Part shown: piece after piece, positions 39,188-53,813 of the stretch
Position numbering within the stretch: position 1 is the stretch's first letter
Layout of the letters: each line of letters starts with the position of its first letter
NCBI RefSeq assembly: GCF_001194135.2
Contig: NC_068989.1
Coordinates: 63,164,546 to 63,228,545 of the forward strand
Source: Octopus bimaculoides
Taxonomy: Eukaryota
Direction: 5' to 3'
DNA length: 64,000 nucleotides
Notes under the pieces: generated by a model
Database searches by the model: none
What the model was told of the DNA's origin: nothing
The model's input: the letters and a program-made list of their open reading frames with translations, nothing else
Translations under genes and position numbers: made by a program

Positions 39188-41859
39188 CATTGGGTAATTA
39201 TCAATATATCACCAAAACACCGAAAAGCTTCATATGAATACATTTCTGATGTTTTCCTCGACTCCTGAATAAACGTCTTTGTATTAAGAAAAAAAATGTA
39301 TTAGCTCTTTAAGGAAACAATTGTCAGTAGACGATTGCAAACATCTCCCTCTTGAAACTGGGTGAATCAGAGTTTCAAAGTTTAAAATATTTATCTGATA
39401 TCATTGACAGTATAAATTGATGATGGTAATTTTATATTCACCGTAATGTCATCTTCCTCATCCATCAGTTTCAGACACAACCTATTCTCATGTGTATTGT
39501 TACAACACGCCTTGGCCTTCTCTCTTATTCTTTGAAGTTATCTGCCTTTTCACGAAAACTCTTCGTTCATCTGATCGGATAAACGCAAGTAATATTTCGA
39601 AAATCACTTAAGGAAATGATGAATTACTAATTATATAAATTCTTTATTTTGAAGTTTTGGAACTAGTTTTGTTTCTTTCCTCTTATATGTTTCGTTAGTT
39701 TGTTTTCTAGAGACTTATTTGTGAAAGCTAAAAAAGTCTAGAAATATACGGGCAAGTTGAAGAACTCTTACAGGATTAAGGACAACATATATAGAAATCA
39801 TAACAGATTATATGTAAATAACGATAAAAATGGCGAATAATATTATAATTCAGTGAACACAGATGTACATACATANNNNNNNNNNNNNNNNNNNNNNNNN
39901 NNNNNNNNNNNNNNNNNNNNNNNNNNNNNNNNNNNNNNNNNNNNNNNNNNNNNNNNNNNNNNNNNNNNNNNNNNNNNNNNNNNNNNNNNNNNNNNNNNNN
40001 NNNNNNNNNNNNNNNNNNNNNNNNNNNNNNNNNNNNNNNNTCATATACAATATATATATATAAGGAAACGAAGTTGAAAATAGAGGAGTTGGATCATTGT
40101 GGTTTTCGTCATTGTGTGTGTACGATTACAAATTTTTTGATGTATCTATAGATACAATTTTTGACACTGAATAGGAATTTGTTATTCGTTTATTCCAGAA
40201 AAATTTTGCAGAAATGTTACAGATGTTCAAATTTTGATAATTTTCCGAATTTCTAACGTATCAGAAAACAGCGCGTTCGTTGCCTCGTCCATCATCAGGG
40301 CGGGGTGGAGACATCGGCATGTCAAAACATTAAACTAGCCTCGGGAGCAAATTCAATATTTAAAAGCTACGGACAAACTAACCAACAGGAGTTGCTAGAA
40401 GTAACAGTGAAAACATCGAAATATACACGAGCAAAGTTAATATTAAAACATTTGCGAGCAAATTAAATATTTAAAAGCTACGAAAGATTTGCAGGAAATA
40501 GCAGTTAAATCATTGTTTAAAACATTTATCAGTTTTTAAAAAATTAAGAACGAAAGTGTGCAGTACATTCTAGGATTTTATAAAATAAATTATCTTTCTC
40601 GTATCTCCTCCTCCTCATAAATTCACAAATATAAGAGTCAACCATGCCCAGGTACTTTCAATTTATTGAGTGTGAGTCCCATCTGTTATGAAAACAAACA
40701 ATTACAGAACAAGTGGTGATTACAGTCCTTGTGCGCATGCGCAGCATCTTTGGTTACTATGGAAACATATATATTTTTTTAATCATCTATGGAACACGTG
40801 GTGCTTCTTTGCATTGGTTACAATAGAATCATGCTTCTTCGCCACGATGATGTCTAAAATACTCGCTTCTGATTGGCTAAAATACCCAAATTTTGCAAAT
40901 TTTAAAGGGTAACAACTTTAATTATAGATTTATAGGAAAAATTGATTTCATTTGCATATTTCGTATACAAAACTTAATCCATACACCAAATTTGAAAATA
41001 AATGGAACGAAATTCTAAGCAGTGGCGAAAGCCATAATGACCCCAAGAAACTTTTAACAGTATTTATTAACTTAACTGTTTTTTTCTTATTTAAAAAGAT
41101 TTTCAAAAGTAAAGTACTTGGCTTTATGTATCCTCTGTGATGTTAAAAATTAATTTACATAAATGTAGGCAAATCAAGTGATAGATTTTTTGACAATGAT
41201 AAGAAAAAGTTTGCGGCGTTGTGTATCCTCCGTGATGAGTCAAAGAATAGTTTACATAAATACATTCAGTTATAATATTTTTTTACACTGATAAGAGATG
41301 AGTCTTTGACAAGAAGATGAAACCGTGTCCGGTTTGTCAGTCAAAAGTTACTAAAGTTTTAATTTCACTGTTATAAGAAACCATAATTGATTGTTTGTTT
41401 TTTGCAGCATCTTAATTGAAAAAAAATGTAAGTGAAAAAATAACAGACAATTTATAGTTGTTGGATCTGGATTTTAGGGTCTGGCAATGTCATCTAGCAT
41501 TCGTTTTCATAAGTAAGAACACTGTGGGCGCTTGACGGCAGTCACATGGTCAAAGGATAGTTTACGATTGTTCTGATTTTGTTGAGGTGCCAAGATGTTT
41601 GGTGAGTTGGCTAGCGTTTTGTATTTTATAAGTATGACTCATATGTAAAGAATGGTGTGCATTTTCGCGTGAGTGTATGTCTGTATGTGCGTGTGTTTTA
41701 TGGGAAATGTGGATAGCGGGTTTGTGTGAGTGTTTGTGTGCGCTCGTGTGTGTAAATGTGTGCGTGTATGTGGGTGTTCTCTTTGTGTGTTTACGTGTGT
41801 GTCTACGTAAGTGTGCGTGTATGCATACGTCTGGGTGTGCATGTGTATGTGTGTGTTGC

Positions 41860-42300
41860 GGCTATCAGGGTGGTGTGTGTGTACGTGTGTGTGTATACCT
41901 GTGTATGTGTGTGTTATATTTATCAAGGTGGTGTTTGTACATGTGTATGTGTATGTGTGTGTTATATTTATCAAGGTGGTGTGTGTACATGTGTATGTGT
42001 ATGTGTGTGTTATATTTATCAAGGTGGTGTGTGTACATGTGTATGTGTGCATTTTATATTTTTCTGGGTGCTGTGTGTGTATGTGTGTGTGCATGTGTGT
42101 GTTAGATTTATCGGGGTTGTGTGCATGTGGGCGCATGTGTGTATTTGTGTGCGTGTATGTGTGTGTGTGTGTGTGTGTGTTGCGTTGGTCCGGGCGGTGT
42201 GTGCGTGCTTATGGGTATGTGTATGTGTGTGTGTGTATGTGTGTGTGTGTTTGCATGCATGTGTATGTGTGTGTTACGTTTGGTAGTTTTGCGTACATGT
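41860..42300. repeat. 48-bp-period minisatellite within a cryptic (TG)n field (41640-42300)
   Basis: TTATATTTATCAAGGTGGTGT at 41914, 41962 and 42010; degenerate units on both sides. Confidence 0.9.
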
Positions 42301-42692
42301 ATGGGATCTAGTATTTTTCATTCACAAAATGAGACCCCTTTAAGTTTTGCTCAGATTGCTTTCAATTTTGGTGTATCGATGCAACTCTGAATTTTGATTA
42401 TGATCAACTAATTACTTTATCTCGTAAATTAAAAACTCTGATGTTATTTGGTATTAAATTTGGAAAATTTGGATAATTTTAACCAATCAACGGATAGCGA
42501 GACATTAACAGCTTGTTACCATGAAAACCGCACTTTGTGTTGTGTGGCACTCGTATGTTGTGTTGATTTCTCACATGTAGGTATGTACATATATGTATGG
42601 ATATATGCATATATTTATATATTATTTATATTATTATATGACCGAACGCAAAGGCGTCATTTTCCAAGTAAGTTTTATCTTTGTGTATGTAC

Positions 42693-42727
<35 letters not shown>

Positions 42728-43301
42728 TGTGTGTATGTGTGTGTGNNNNNNNNNNNNNNNNNNNNNNNNNNNNNNNNNNNNNNNNNNNNNNNNNNNNNNN
42801 NNNNNNNNNNNNNNNNNNNNNNNNNNNNNNNNNNNNNNNNNNNNNNNNNNNNNNNNNNNNNNNNNNNNNNNNNNNNNNNNNNNNNNNNNNNNNNNNNNNN
42901 NNNNNNNNNNNNNNNNNNNNNNNNNNNNNNNNNNNNNNNNNNNNNNNNNNNNNNNNNNNNNNNNNNNNNNNNNNNNNNNNNNNNNNNNNNNNNNNNNNNN
43001 NNNNNNNNNNNNNNNNNNNNNNNNNNNNNNNNNNNNNNNNNNNNNNNNNNNNNNNNNNNNNNNNNNNNNNNNNNNNNNNNNNNNNNNNNNNNNNNNNNNN
43101 NNNNNNNNNNNNNNNNNNNNNNNNNNNNNNNNNNNNNNNNNNNNNNNNNNNNNNNNNNNNNNNNNNNNNNNNNNNNNNNNNNNNNNNNNNNNNNNNNNNN
43201 NNNNNNNNNNNNNNNNNNNNNNNNNNNNNNNNNNNNNNNNNNNNNNNNNNNNNNNNNNNNNNNNNNNNNNNNNNNNNNNNNNNNNNNNNNNNNNNNNNNN
43301 N

Positions 43302-43366
<65 letters not shown>

Positions 43367-44651
43367 ATATATGTATGTATGTATATATATGCATGTATGT
43401 ATGTATGTATGTATGTATTATGTATGTATGTATGTATGTATGTAAAAAATGAAAAATGCATTAAATACTACAAAATCTAAACGTAAGAAAGACACCAGAG
43501 CCCTACTACTTCTCATATATATATATCAGCGGATTACTCGAAATTTGGATAAGTACTACCCCCGAGGTTCTGCTAGCTATGAAACATATGAGACCTGGAT
43601 TTTATCTGCCTCATTCCCTAATTTTGGGATTCCTGTTCGCATACACAGCGACCTTTGCTGCTAACCGTAATCTATAAAACAATTTTTTCAGGTCTTCGAA
43701 CTTCGATATGGGAAAAATTTACAACCTTCTGCGTCAAGAAACCATTAAAATTGTTTTTGAATACATTCTACGGACTGCTCGAAGCTTACTATATCCCTAC
43801 ATTTTGACCCTTGAGTATTACCTCACTCCCTCTATCTCTCTGTTGCTTTGGTCCAAGTTCATGTGTTTAGCAAATTCCTAAGAGGATGAAACTACGAGAT
43901 TAATATATTTTGCTTCATATTTCAGATCATTCTGCCGTATATTTCACCCCCAAAGAACGTGGCTTGGTAGCTGTACATTTATGTAAATAATTGGAATATT
44001 TTATATCGTAGTTACACCGTTTTCAAAAAGTAACAGCAGCAGTATCTCTTCTAGACATTTATAGATTTAATTCAATTCAAAATATTTTTAATGAGAAATC
44101 TACTGTTTCACAATTTTCAACACTTCTATAGGAAGTTTGAGAACATTATTTTGCCTGTTATTTATTTCTGTATCTATGCATGTATCTATACATATTTCCT
44201 TTCAGTTACATAGGAATAATTCATGCTAAAACATTCGAAATGTTTTACATAATTTCGCAGTAAAGTCGCGTACGACTTATTTGTGTATTGATAATGTATA
44301 TTATATCATAGTGTAAGATGAGATTCCCTCGATTAGTGCAACAGAAGTTTCTTATGTAATATAATGCACAAATTATTACGAGAACAGACATTATGTTTGT
44401 CGCTGTACTGGAAACTGCTTGTTCAGAGGAGAGAATCGCTTCTTATTTGAATTTTCTCATGCTCAAGAATCTGTATGAAACAGTGAAGACCATACATATA
44501 TTTCAATATGATTGTTTCCCTTTTGTTTTCATTCCATAAGATAAGGTCAATATCCACATATTCCTCGTCATTTCAGTATAAAAGTATTTTTTATTATTCT
44601 TTTGCTGTATCTTTGACATTAATCTTAATAGTTCAAGAAACTAAGTCTACG

Positions 44652-44830
44652 ACCTAGCAGAATCGTTAACACGCCGGACAAAACTCTTAGTGGCAGTTTA
44701 TTCGTCAATACGTTTTAAGTTCAAACCCCGCTGAGGTGGTTTTTATCTTCGATTCCTTAGGGTCGATGAAATAAGTACCAGTTACGCACTTATCTCGGTG
44801 TAATCGACTGATCCTTTCTCCCGAAACTAC
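44652..44830 (+). mobile_element. Octopus-type SINE, family A
   Basis: TAGCAGAATCGTTAACACGCCGG...AAGTTCAAACCCCGCTGAGG...GGGTCGATGAAATAAGTACCAG. Confidence 0.8.
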
Positions 44831-45406
44831 TTGTATTTAACAGGTCATGTATGCTTGTATGCATGTATGTATGTATGCATTACGTATTGCACGTATTCAT
44901 TTATGTATGCACGTGCCTATATATGTATTTATATATGTATATACGTATGTATACATATATATATATGAAAGTACGCATGTGTGTGTATGTACACATGTAT
45001 GCACAAATGCTTACTCACCAGTACATCAGTGTCACAACTGTGTCATCTCTATGCCTGCTTATGTATATCCCTATGAATCCTATTAAATGTGACTAACTTC
45101 GTGTAAATGTTCATGTATGTTAAATATGATTATGCATTAGTTCCTTTGCCTTCTCGCCAATAAAACATAAAGCACTAGTTTATCAAGAACTATTCATATG
45201 GAGATTATACTATGCACAACTAATCAGTTTTCAAGTAGGATTCATCTATACTATATTCACTGCAGAAAAATGTAGATAATATTTAAAGTGAATTTTACCG
45301 TATACGAATCACATTCCTGTGATGTGTCACGATCTTCATACGTAGTTGTACAGTAATTTTGCCAATCTCACAAATTGTATGCAATAAAAACACGCCTACA
45401 CATACG

Positions 45407-45454
<48 letters not shown>

Positions 45455-45836
45455 NNNNNNNNNNNNNNNNNNNNNNNNNNNNNNNNNNNNNNNNNNNNNN
45501 NNNNNNNNNNNNNNNNNNNNNNNNNNNNNNNNNNNNNNNNNNNNNNNNNNNNNNNNNNNNNNNNNNNNNNNNNNNNNNNNNNNNNNNNNNNNNNNNNNNN
45601 NNNNNNNNNNNNNNNNNNNNNNNNNNNNNNNNNNNNNNNNNNNNNNNNNNNNNNNNNNNNNNNNNNNNNNNNNNNNNNNNNNNNNNNNNNNNNNNNNNNN
45701 NNNNNNNNNNNNNNNNNNNNNNNNNNNNNNNNNNNNNNNNNNNNNNNNNNNNNNNNNNNNNNNNNNNNNNNNNNNNNNNNNNNNNNNNNNNNNNNNNNNN
45801 NNNNNNNNNNNNNNNNNNNNNNNNTATATATATATA

Positions 45837-45867
<31 letters not shown>

Positions 45868-45953
45868 TTATATATATACATATATATATACACATATATA
45901 TATATATGTACATATATATATATGATATATATGTGTCTGTTCATATATGCATG

Positions 45954-45989
<36 letters not shown>

Positions 45990-46289
45990 CACATCGTTTG
46001 AAATTATTAACGACGTAAAATCTTTCTTATGTTATTTAAAAACTACTCGTTGGAATTCACAGGATGATCACAATAGTTACATGCACGTGGTGTGTTTAAA
46101 GCCTGAAGTTCCGCAAACTATGGCCATTTACCAAATTCCGTAAACTTTCAGTTTCAAATTATTCTCAAGGTGTAATTAAATCTCATGTAAACATGAAAAT
46201 ACTAGTTTAATTCTTCGATGTACACTCTGAAATAAACACATACAGTCATTAACATGGAAAAAATAGTAATAAACAAATAAACATCGTTC

Positions 46290-46831
46290 AAAAATTGCAG
46301 GTGTGCTGGTTAGTAAGAGATATGTGAGCCACTGGTCCATGAACTTGCTGCAACAGTCTGTCATGCCAATCATTAGAGAAGACTTTGAAGATGATGAGTT
46401 TTATTTTCAGCAAGATGGGATACCCCCACACTATCATCGCGATGTTAGATCCTTCCTTGATGAGATCTTGCCAAACAGGTGGAATGGACAAAGGGTTTCG
46501 ATGAATACCCTTCGCGATTACCAGATTTGACATGACTAGACTTTTTTATTGGGGTATCTAAAAGACAACGTCTACGCTGTGAAACCTGCAAGTCACCGAT
46601 TTCAGAGCAGCCATTGAATGAGAATATACGCGAATACCAAACGAATATTTCATGATGTTTGTAATTCCATTGCAGTGCTTGGGCCGGAAGTTCAGTCTGG
46701 AAACAGACGTTAACAAAACAATACAAAAATGTCTATAGATTCTATTAAATTTTGAAAATGAAATGTATTTTAATAAACACTTACTTTTCATTTATTTAAA
46801 GTGTGTATACATTGTTTTGGAACACCCTGTA
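46290..46831 (+). mobile_element. Tc1/mariner-superfamily transposase C-terminal relic with 3' terminus
   Basis: FYFQQDGIPPHYHRDVRSFLDEILPNRW...SRLPDLT*LDFFLLGYLKDNVY; terminal GAACACCCTG followed by TA at about 46820-46831. Confidence 0.85.
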
Positions 46832-46984
46832 TATATATATATATATATATATATNNNNNNNNNNNNNNNNTATATATATTTATATATATATATATATATT
46901 TATTACATATATATACGTGTGGGTGTGGCTGTGTTTGTGGCTGTGTTTGTGGATAAAGCATCCGATAGATGGCTTTTGTAGTAA

Positions 46985-47075
46985 TCATCTCGGTTAGCTA
47001 TGCTAGGTGTTTAAATCACACAAGCGTCAACTTCACCTTTCATCAATTCGGTTCGTTAGGTAAAATACTAGTCCT
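46985..47075 (-). mobile_element. Very decayed SINE family A fragment
   Basis: Minus strand GATGAAAGGTGAAGTTGACGC...GATTTAAAC resembles GATGAAAGGCAAAGTCGACC...AATTTGAAC. Confidence 0.45.
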
Positions 47076-47337
47076 TTACTTGGATCGATTCTCCGCTTTG
47101 TCGTATCTTTGTTCCTGCCTCTTCGGCTGGGGATCTCACCTTCTGAATGAAACCACCTGTTGTTGAATCTGGGGTGGAACTTGGCTCCAGCAAATAAAAT
47201 TTTACCCAGGATACACCGTATGTCTGGATCGTGCCTATGCGATTCCATTAGGATTTGATGCCCGTCACCCATTAGCTGGTGTGTTTAAGCGTGAGTGAGC
47301 TACAGTGAATATGCATATATGAACGTAGAGAGATAAG

Positions 47338-47401
<64 letters not shown>

Positions 47402-50400
47402 TAGAGAGAGAGTAAGACCTATACAGACGGTGAAGGACGGGGAGAATTTCGATGATTCTGATTCCCGGTGTGTTTGTATGCATGTATTTACTTGTATATT
47501 TATAAGGACTTTCGTTATATCCATGTATTTTTATTGATAATTTTGACTGGTTACACAATAGGCGTTTTTGATATTAAGTTTGTAAAATGGGCGTATCTCC
47601 TTGCAACCCGTTGGAAATGGTTTAATTTCTCATCATAGATTTATGACACACTAAAATAAAACCACAAAAGCATTATTGTAAACGCCATTTGTTAGTGTTT
47701 CTTATACAATTGTAAGAATGTACCGATGTTGATGAGTTATCAAAATTTTACGCTGGTAATTTTTCAGGAGTGATCTCAAGCGGCTTATGAAACACAAATC
47801 ATGCTTCATATATGATTAATAGCATATGAACAGATGTTAAAAGGATACTAAGAACATCATGGACTAACAATTAGATATTTAACATAAAATATATGCTCTG
47901 ATTTATGTACCCGTTGCTTTATTTTGAATCCCAGTTCGAACCGAAAATCAATTGACTTGATTTATCCAAAATTTCATTACAAAAGAAAAAAAATGGCTTC
48001 ACAATTTTAATTTTCTAGAAATATATTTTCTATATTTTTATACCAAATTTCTATCTCAAATTTATTGCAGTTCTTCTGCCCTCTGCTGATTTTATTCGTA
48101 ACACATTGTTAGGAAAAAAAAGTAAAATGTCACTTAGTGAAGCTCTTTCAATTAAGTGATTACAATTTTGAAATATTCACGGAGTTAATCCATTTCGTTT
48201 AGAAGTTATTAATAAAATTTCATAAAGATTACACGATAAAATAAATTCAATTTATAATTTAGAATGCATGCATACTTTATCGAACTTTTAATGGATTTGC
48301 GAAAATGATATAACTAATAAAATCGGACAAACAATTACAATAAATGGAATAACGAAAACTTGCTAAATATCAATCGATGTAGTGGAGAAACAAATCTGAA
48401 ATGTATAGATTAAATCTGCAGTAAACAATTTATTTATAGGAAATTATGACTGTTCAATGATTCGTTTACATTATGTATCGACATAACTTTCTATCTAATT
48501 GATCAGCACTTTGAAATATTGATTTTTTACACAACCTTATATTCACAAATATATAGGGGAGAGGCAGCGTTGATAAATTCAACTTTGATATACCTTTGCT
48601 ACAATCTATGAAATCTAAATTAGCACAAGGTTTATAGGTTATAAATAGGCCTAAAGTTCACAAAAGTGGAGTTGAGATTTCATTGGGATCACGTGTATCA
48701 CATATTACAGCTCAGGTACTTGCGATATTATTAAAGAAACATCTTGACGCGAGAGAAGCCAAATGAAAATAGGTTGCAGTGCTATACAAGCTACGAATCA
48801 GGTAAATGACAAAAGCTTAATAAACTATCTATTTCCTAACTGAAGTTCCATTAAATTTATTTCTTGTTTAGGTATTTATTCATATGTACACTCGTTCATT
48901 CAAGACATCATTAAATATATGCATAAAACTAGAAAAACCCAAGTTGCTTCAATGCTTTCTTTTTATACCCTGTTACTTGTCCCTACCATGATTGTGAGTA
49001 ACTCCACGTTCTTTCAAGAATTTATTGGATACATGATTCCACCGACTAAATCCACTTTATCCGAGCTTAATTTACAATTATGTATCGAGTGAACATGTCT
49101 TCTTGATTTTATATCTCCTGAGTTTTAAATTATAGCCATATCACGATCGAGATTCTATTAAAATCTGAACAAATTGTTATAAATTTTTGGAGGTTTTTCC
49201 AAAATACTTAGAGGTTTTTCAGTGATAATATTGATATAACATAGTTTTTTGTTACAGTTTTATAATATATTATGCAATATATAATATTGTTTTACGGTAT
49301 AAGTGAAATATAGCTTTAAATATCTGCGTTATTTTCGTAAAGCCTGCATTAAAAGAAAAGTATTGTTACAAGTATATTTTTTTTTTGCGATACACTATTT
49401 ACAATAGAGATGCATGCACAAGACGCGTTACTAGTGGATGATTCTGTTAAAAAAGACTGTCAATTGTTTTCTTCTTGTCTTAAATGATGAAAGATACATC
49501 CGGAATATGATTCAAGTTAAAGAAAGACTGACGAAACTAAACGACAACATCTCATTCTTAAACACTTTTGATTATATGTTTTTTTTTTATTCAGTTGTGG
49601 TGTCGACAAACTTACAAAGCAACAACAGCAAAGTACGCAGCTAATAGCGCAGTAATGTTGCTGAAATATTTAGGTAATTTATATAATATGCCTTCTCTAG
49701 TCATTAAATTTCATTGATAGAGATACCAATGTTATATACGGGCTAATCCGTCATTGTGTTGTTTTAAATAATGTGATGCAGATCGATAATTATTCAAATA
49801 ACACCAAAAGCTCATCGAGACCGTCGTTGTCGTTAGAAAATATGTTAGAAATATTTTAATCAATCAAAATTGGAAGTTTGTCTGCTTTCTAGTTTGTTCA
49901 CAAAATTGGTATTATTAGAAGTGTAACTTTAAATATTTCTCATCCTGCGGCAATTTAATTCTGACATTTTCGAAAATTAATTTGTGCTATATTTAATTAA
50001 ACCCAAGGATAGCAACAGTCACGTGATAGCAAAGTGCCAATGATGCGATATTCCTTTTTAATATCTACATCGACCGAATATATATTCTCATACTACAAGA
50101 ATTGATGCAATAAATCTTCTTTGTTATTAATTAGGTTCTATTTAAAACTGGTGACACAAATGTATTGACAGATTTTATTCTCTAAATATCTACTCAAGTT
50201 ATAAATAACAATATTTCTTTCTCTTAACTCCCTCACTCTCTTCTTCATCACCGTCATCATCGTCGTTATCACTTCTTTATTTTCTTTTTCAACTCCATTA
50301 TTATCGGTTTGTTGATAGTTCTATTTTGATATTATAAAGAGAATGAACGAAATGGTGAAATATACTTCGTAAGCAATTATTCCGCCCTTCCTGAAATCTA

Positions 50401-52303
50401 GTGAGCAAACAGTAAATGTTATTCAGACTATGAAAAGATTATATAGTTGATAGAAAAATCTATGTTTCTCAACTCGTAATTACAATTTTATTTTCACAAC
50501 TGGAAGCAGAAATCTTTGTTAACGGTTTTTGCTGATACATAAATTTATCTCCTTTTACGCACCAAATAATAGACGGATGTATTTGTCTTGTCTAGCACAT
50601 CTTTTCGTTGATATAGAGACAAATATACCACAATTCTTATAAACGTTTATTTTATAACTAATCATATTCGTTGTAAGTTTGCAGGGCAATCATGGTCTAT
50701 TGTTCAGATACAGTTGAGGATAGACGAGAGTATAAGAAAACATGTTGAAGTGTATAAAATATTGGATGCTAACTCGTATTCAATGATGTAGTTTGCCTTT
50801 GAATTATGTAGACAATACTTATCCAGAGGTTAAACTAACTTGATGAATTATTCGCCGAGGCATGCTTTAATATTTGGTTTCTGATAAATTTAAATTCAAT
50901 AACAATTGGTACAATTTTGTCTGCTATATTTTAGACACGTATGTTTATTTACTGTAATAACACAATTGAAGTATCTCTTAAGAAGGATCTATCTTGTTTT
51001 GGCATGTACGTTGGCAGAGATTCCAATTATTTTGGCCAGATTTAACTTTGTTCCCGTGTTTTGCAAGTATTATTCGATCGTAGATTCACTGTTTATGTAC
51101 AAGGCAATCTTTTTTTCTCTTTTATACAATTGTTGAACAATATTAAATATGAATCAATACAATATCTAGTTAAAATATTTGGAATGTGTATATTCGTCTG
51201 AATTTACACGGAATACACAAGGGAAAGAGAAAGAGAGATACTGACGTGACTGACAGATTAATTAACCCCATTTATTGGCTGTTTCATGAAGGGTGTTCAG
51301 TCATCTGCTACGACATTTCCATTCACCTCGTACAATTCACAACCTGGTTCTAAACATGCATACAACCATTAATGCTGTTAACTGACCTTGTTGAAATAAC
51401 CAGTATTATAGCTTGAGATCACATCATTTTCACAGCAAAAATTAAGAACAAGTTGGACAGTATAAAATGGGGCCGACTGCACTTAAGATAATGAAAACAG
51501 TAAAAGACGAGATCTTCACAGCTTGGATGGGTTCCATCTACAGTTCTAGAACAAAATGTATCTTAATGAGAATATGTAGCCTGGTGGTGCATGATCACCA
51601 TATAGGGCGCTATAAATTAAATAATCAGTAATGAAACTGATGTGCGATATTAACTTATACTTCAAGCCTGAGGAGGTTGGAACTTTTTGATACTCAATCA
51701 TCTTTGTGATACAGTCGTAGTAAGTCGGAATTCATCACTCTATTGATAAAGGGATCTTGCTGCATTAGTTAACTTGCCAATGAATGTACGTCTTCCTAAT
51801 GGTGTAACTAGACAAAGATAGAAACATTGTCTTAGTTAAGTTGAGGAATTAATAAGTGTAACATACTTCAAAAAATATATTTACTTTCACATTTTTTAGC
51901 CCTTATCATTGTTACCGACATTGATTCACAAATTTATATCCTAACCTATTTTATCACTGATTCTCTCTATTTATATTCCAGGGTCTTTGGATTTTGTTAT
52001 AAGTGTATATAAATCTACTATATTTTCCTAGCTTATTTTCATAGACAAAAGTCTTTAACCAGAAGTGAAAGATTCTGAAAATAATGTTTTCATCAGTAGT
52101 TGAAGCAAAGTAGTACAGTTCAAGATTGGTGCGTGATCATCGGATGAATTATTTTTATTAATTTCTAAGAATTAAGCTGAGATTTGTGCACATTATAAAA
52201 TCAGATTGGCACTTATGTGTCGCAATGATGCATACATGTTAAACCTAGAGATGGCGATCATCTCCAAATGTTATGCAAAACGCAATAGGAGTTGCAATCG
52301 TCC

Positions 52304-52396
<93 letters not shown>

Positions 52397-52773
52397 TGAA
52401 GTGATATATGTATGTGTTGTAAAGTGGGTTCCTCCCTTTGGTGTGATGTGTAATTGGCGTTGTACTGTAGTTGCTGTTTTACGTTAGTAGCCACAAGAGT
52501 TACTAGTCATCCGATACCGTTGTATCTCTTCGTACCGGATTAGTAATACACTAACTTCTGTTTGACTATCGCAGATAAGTCCACAAGACACCGTCTAGAA
52601 CTGCCGGCTTTCACCTCTTCGACTTTCGACCCTCTCTTAACGAACCGCTATGGTCTCTTTATACTGGAAGTTATATGTACCGCTTTTTTCCCGGGTGGGG
52701 TATACAGTTTCATTATACAGCAATATATATATATATATATGCTGAAGTTATGTGTGTGTATATATATATATAC

Positions 52774-52823
<50 letters not shown>

Positions 52824-53033
52824 TGCTCTACCCCTCCCGTGTCTGTAGTCTTTTAGGACAGTTTTCATTTCTCCTTCATGTTACCCACTTTTGTCTTGTC
52901 TTGTAGCCCCAAGGCTTTTTGTTGTATATATATTATCAGTATTAATTGTTGTCTTCTAATTGCCCTAAGCCTTCATTCTCTTTATTGCTTTGTCTCTCGT
53001 CCGTCCGCTAACGGTTTGTTCACGAGCCCGTCT

Positions 53034-53728
<695 letters not shown>

Positions 53729-53813
53729 AGAATTTAGTACATATTAGTTTGTTTCTTTACTACATTTTTCTTTTACTTACATATATATAGTTATATCAAA
53801 AGAAAAAAAACAT

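Noticed and set aside
40270-40300. Minus-strand CTGATGA...GAAC hammerhead-like motif (also CTGAAGA...AAAAC at 29706)
   Set aside because: The conserved GAAA is broken and there are no convincing stems.
41639-42390. C/V/Y/M- or H/T-rich ORFs here and at other (TG)n tracts
   Set aside because: Dinucleotide-repeat translations, open in several frames on both strands.
47033-47272. 79-aa minus-strand ORF of ordinary composition
   Set aside because: No recognisable domain; it runs into a decayed SINE and is probably part of an unclassified repeat.
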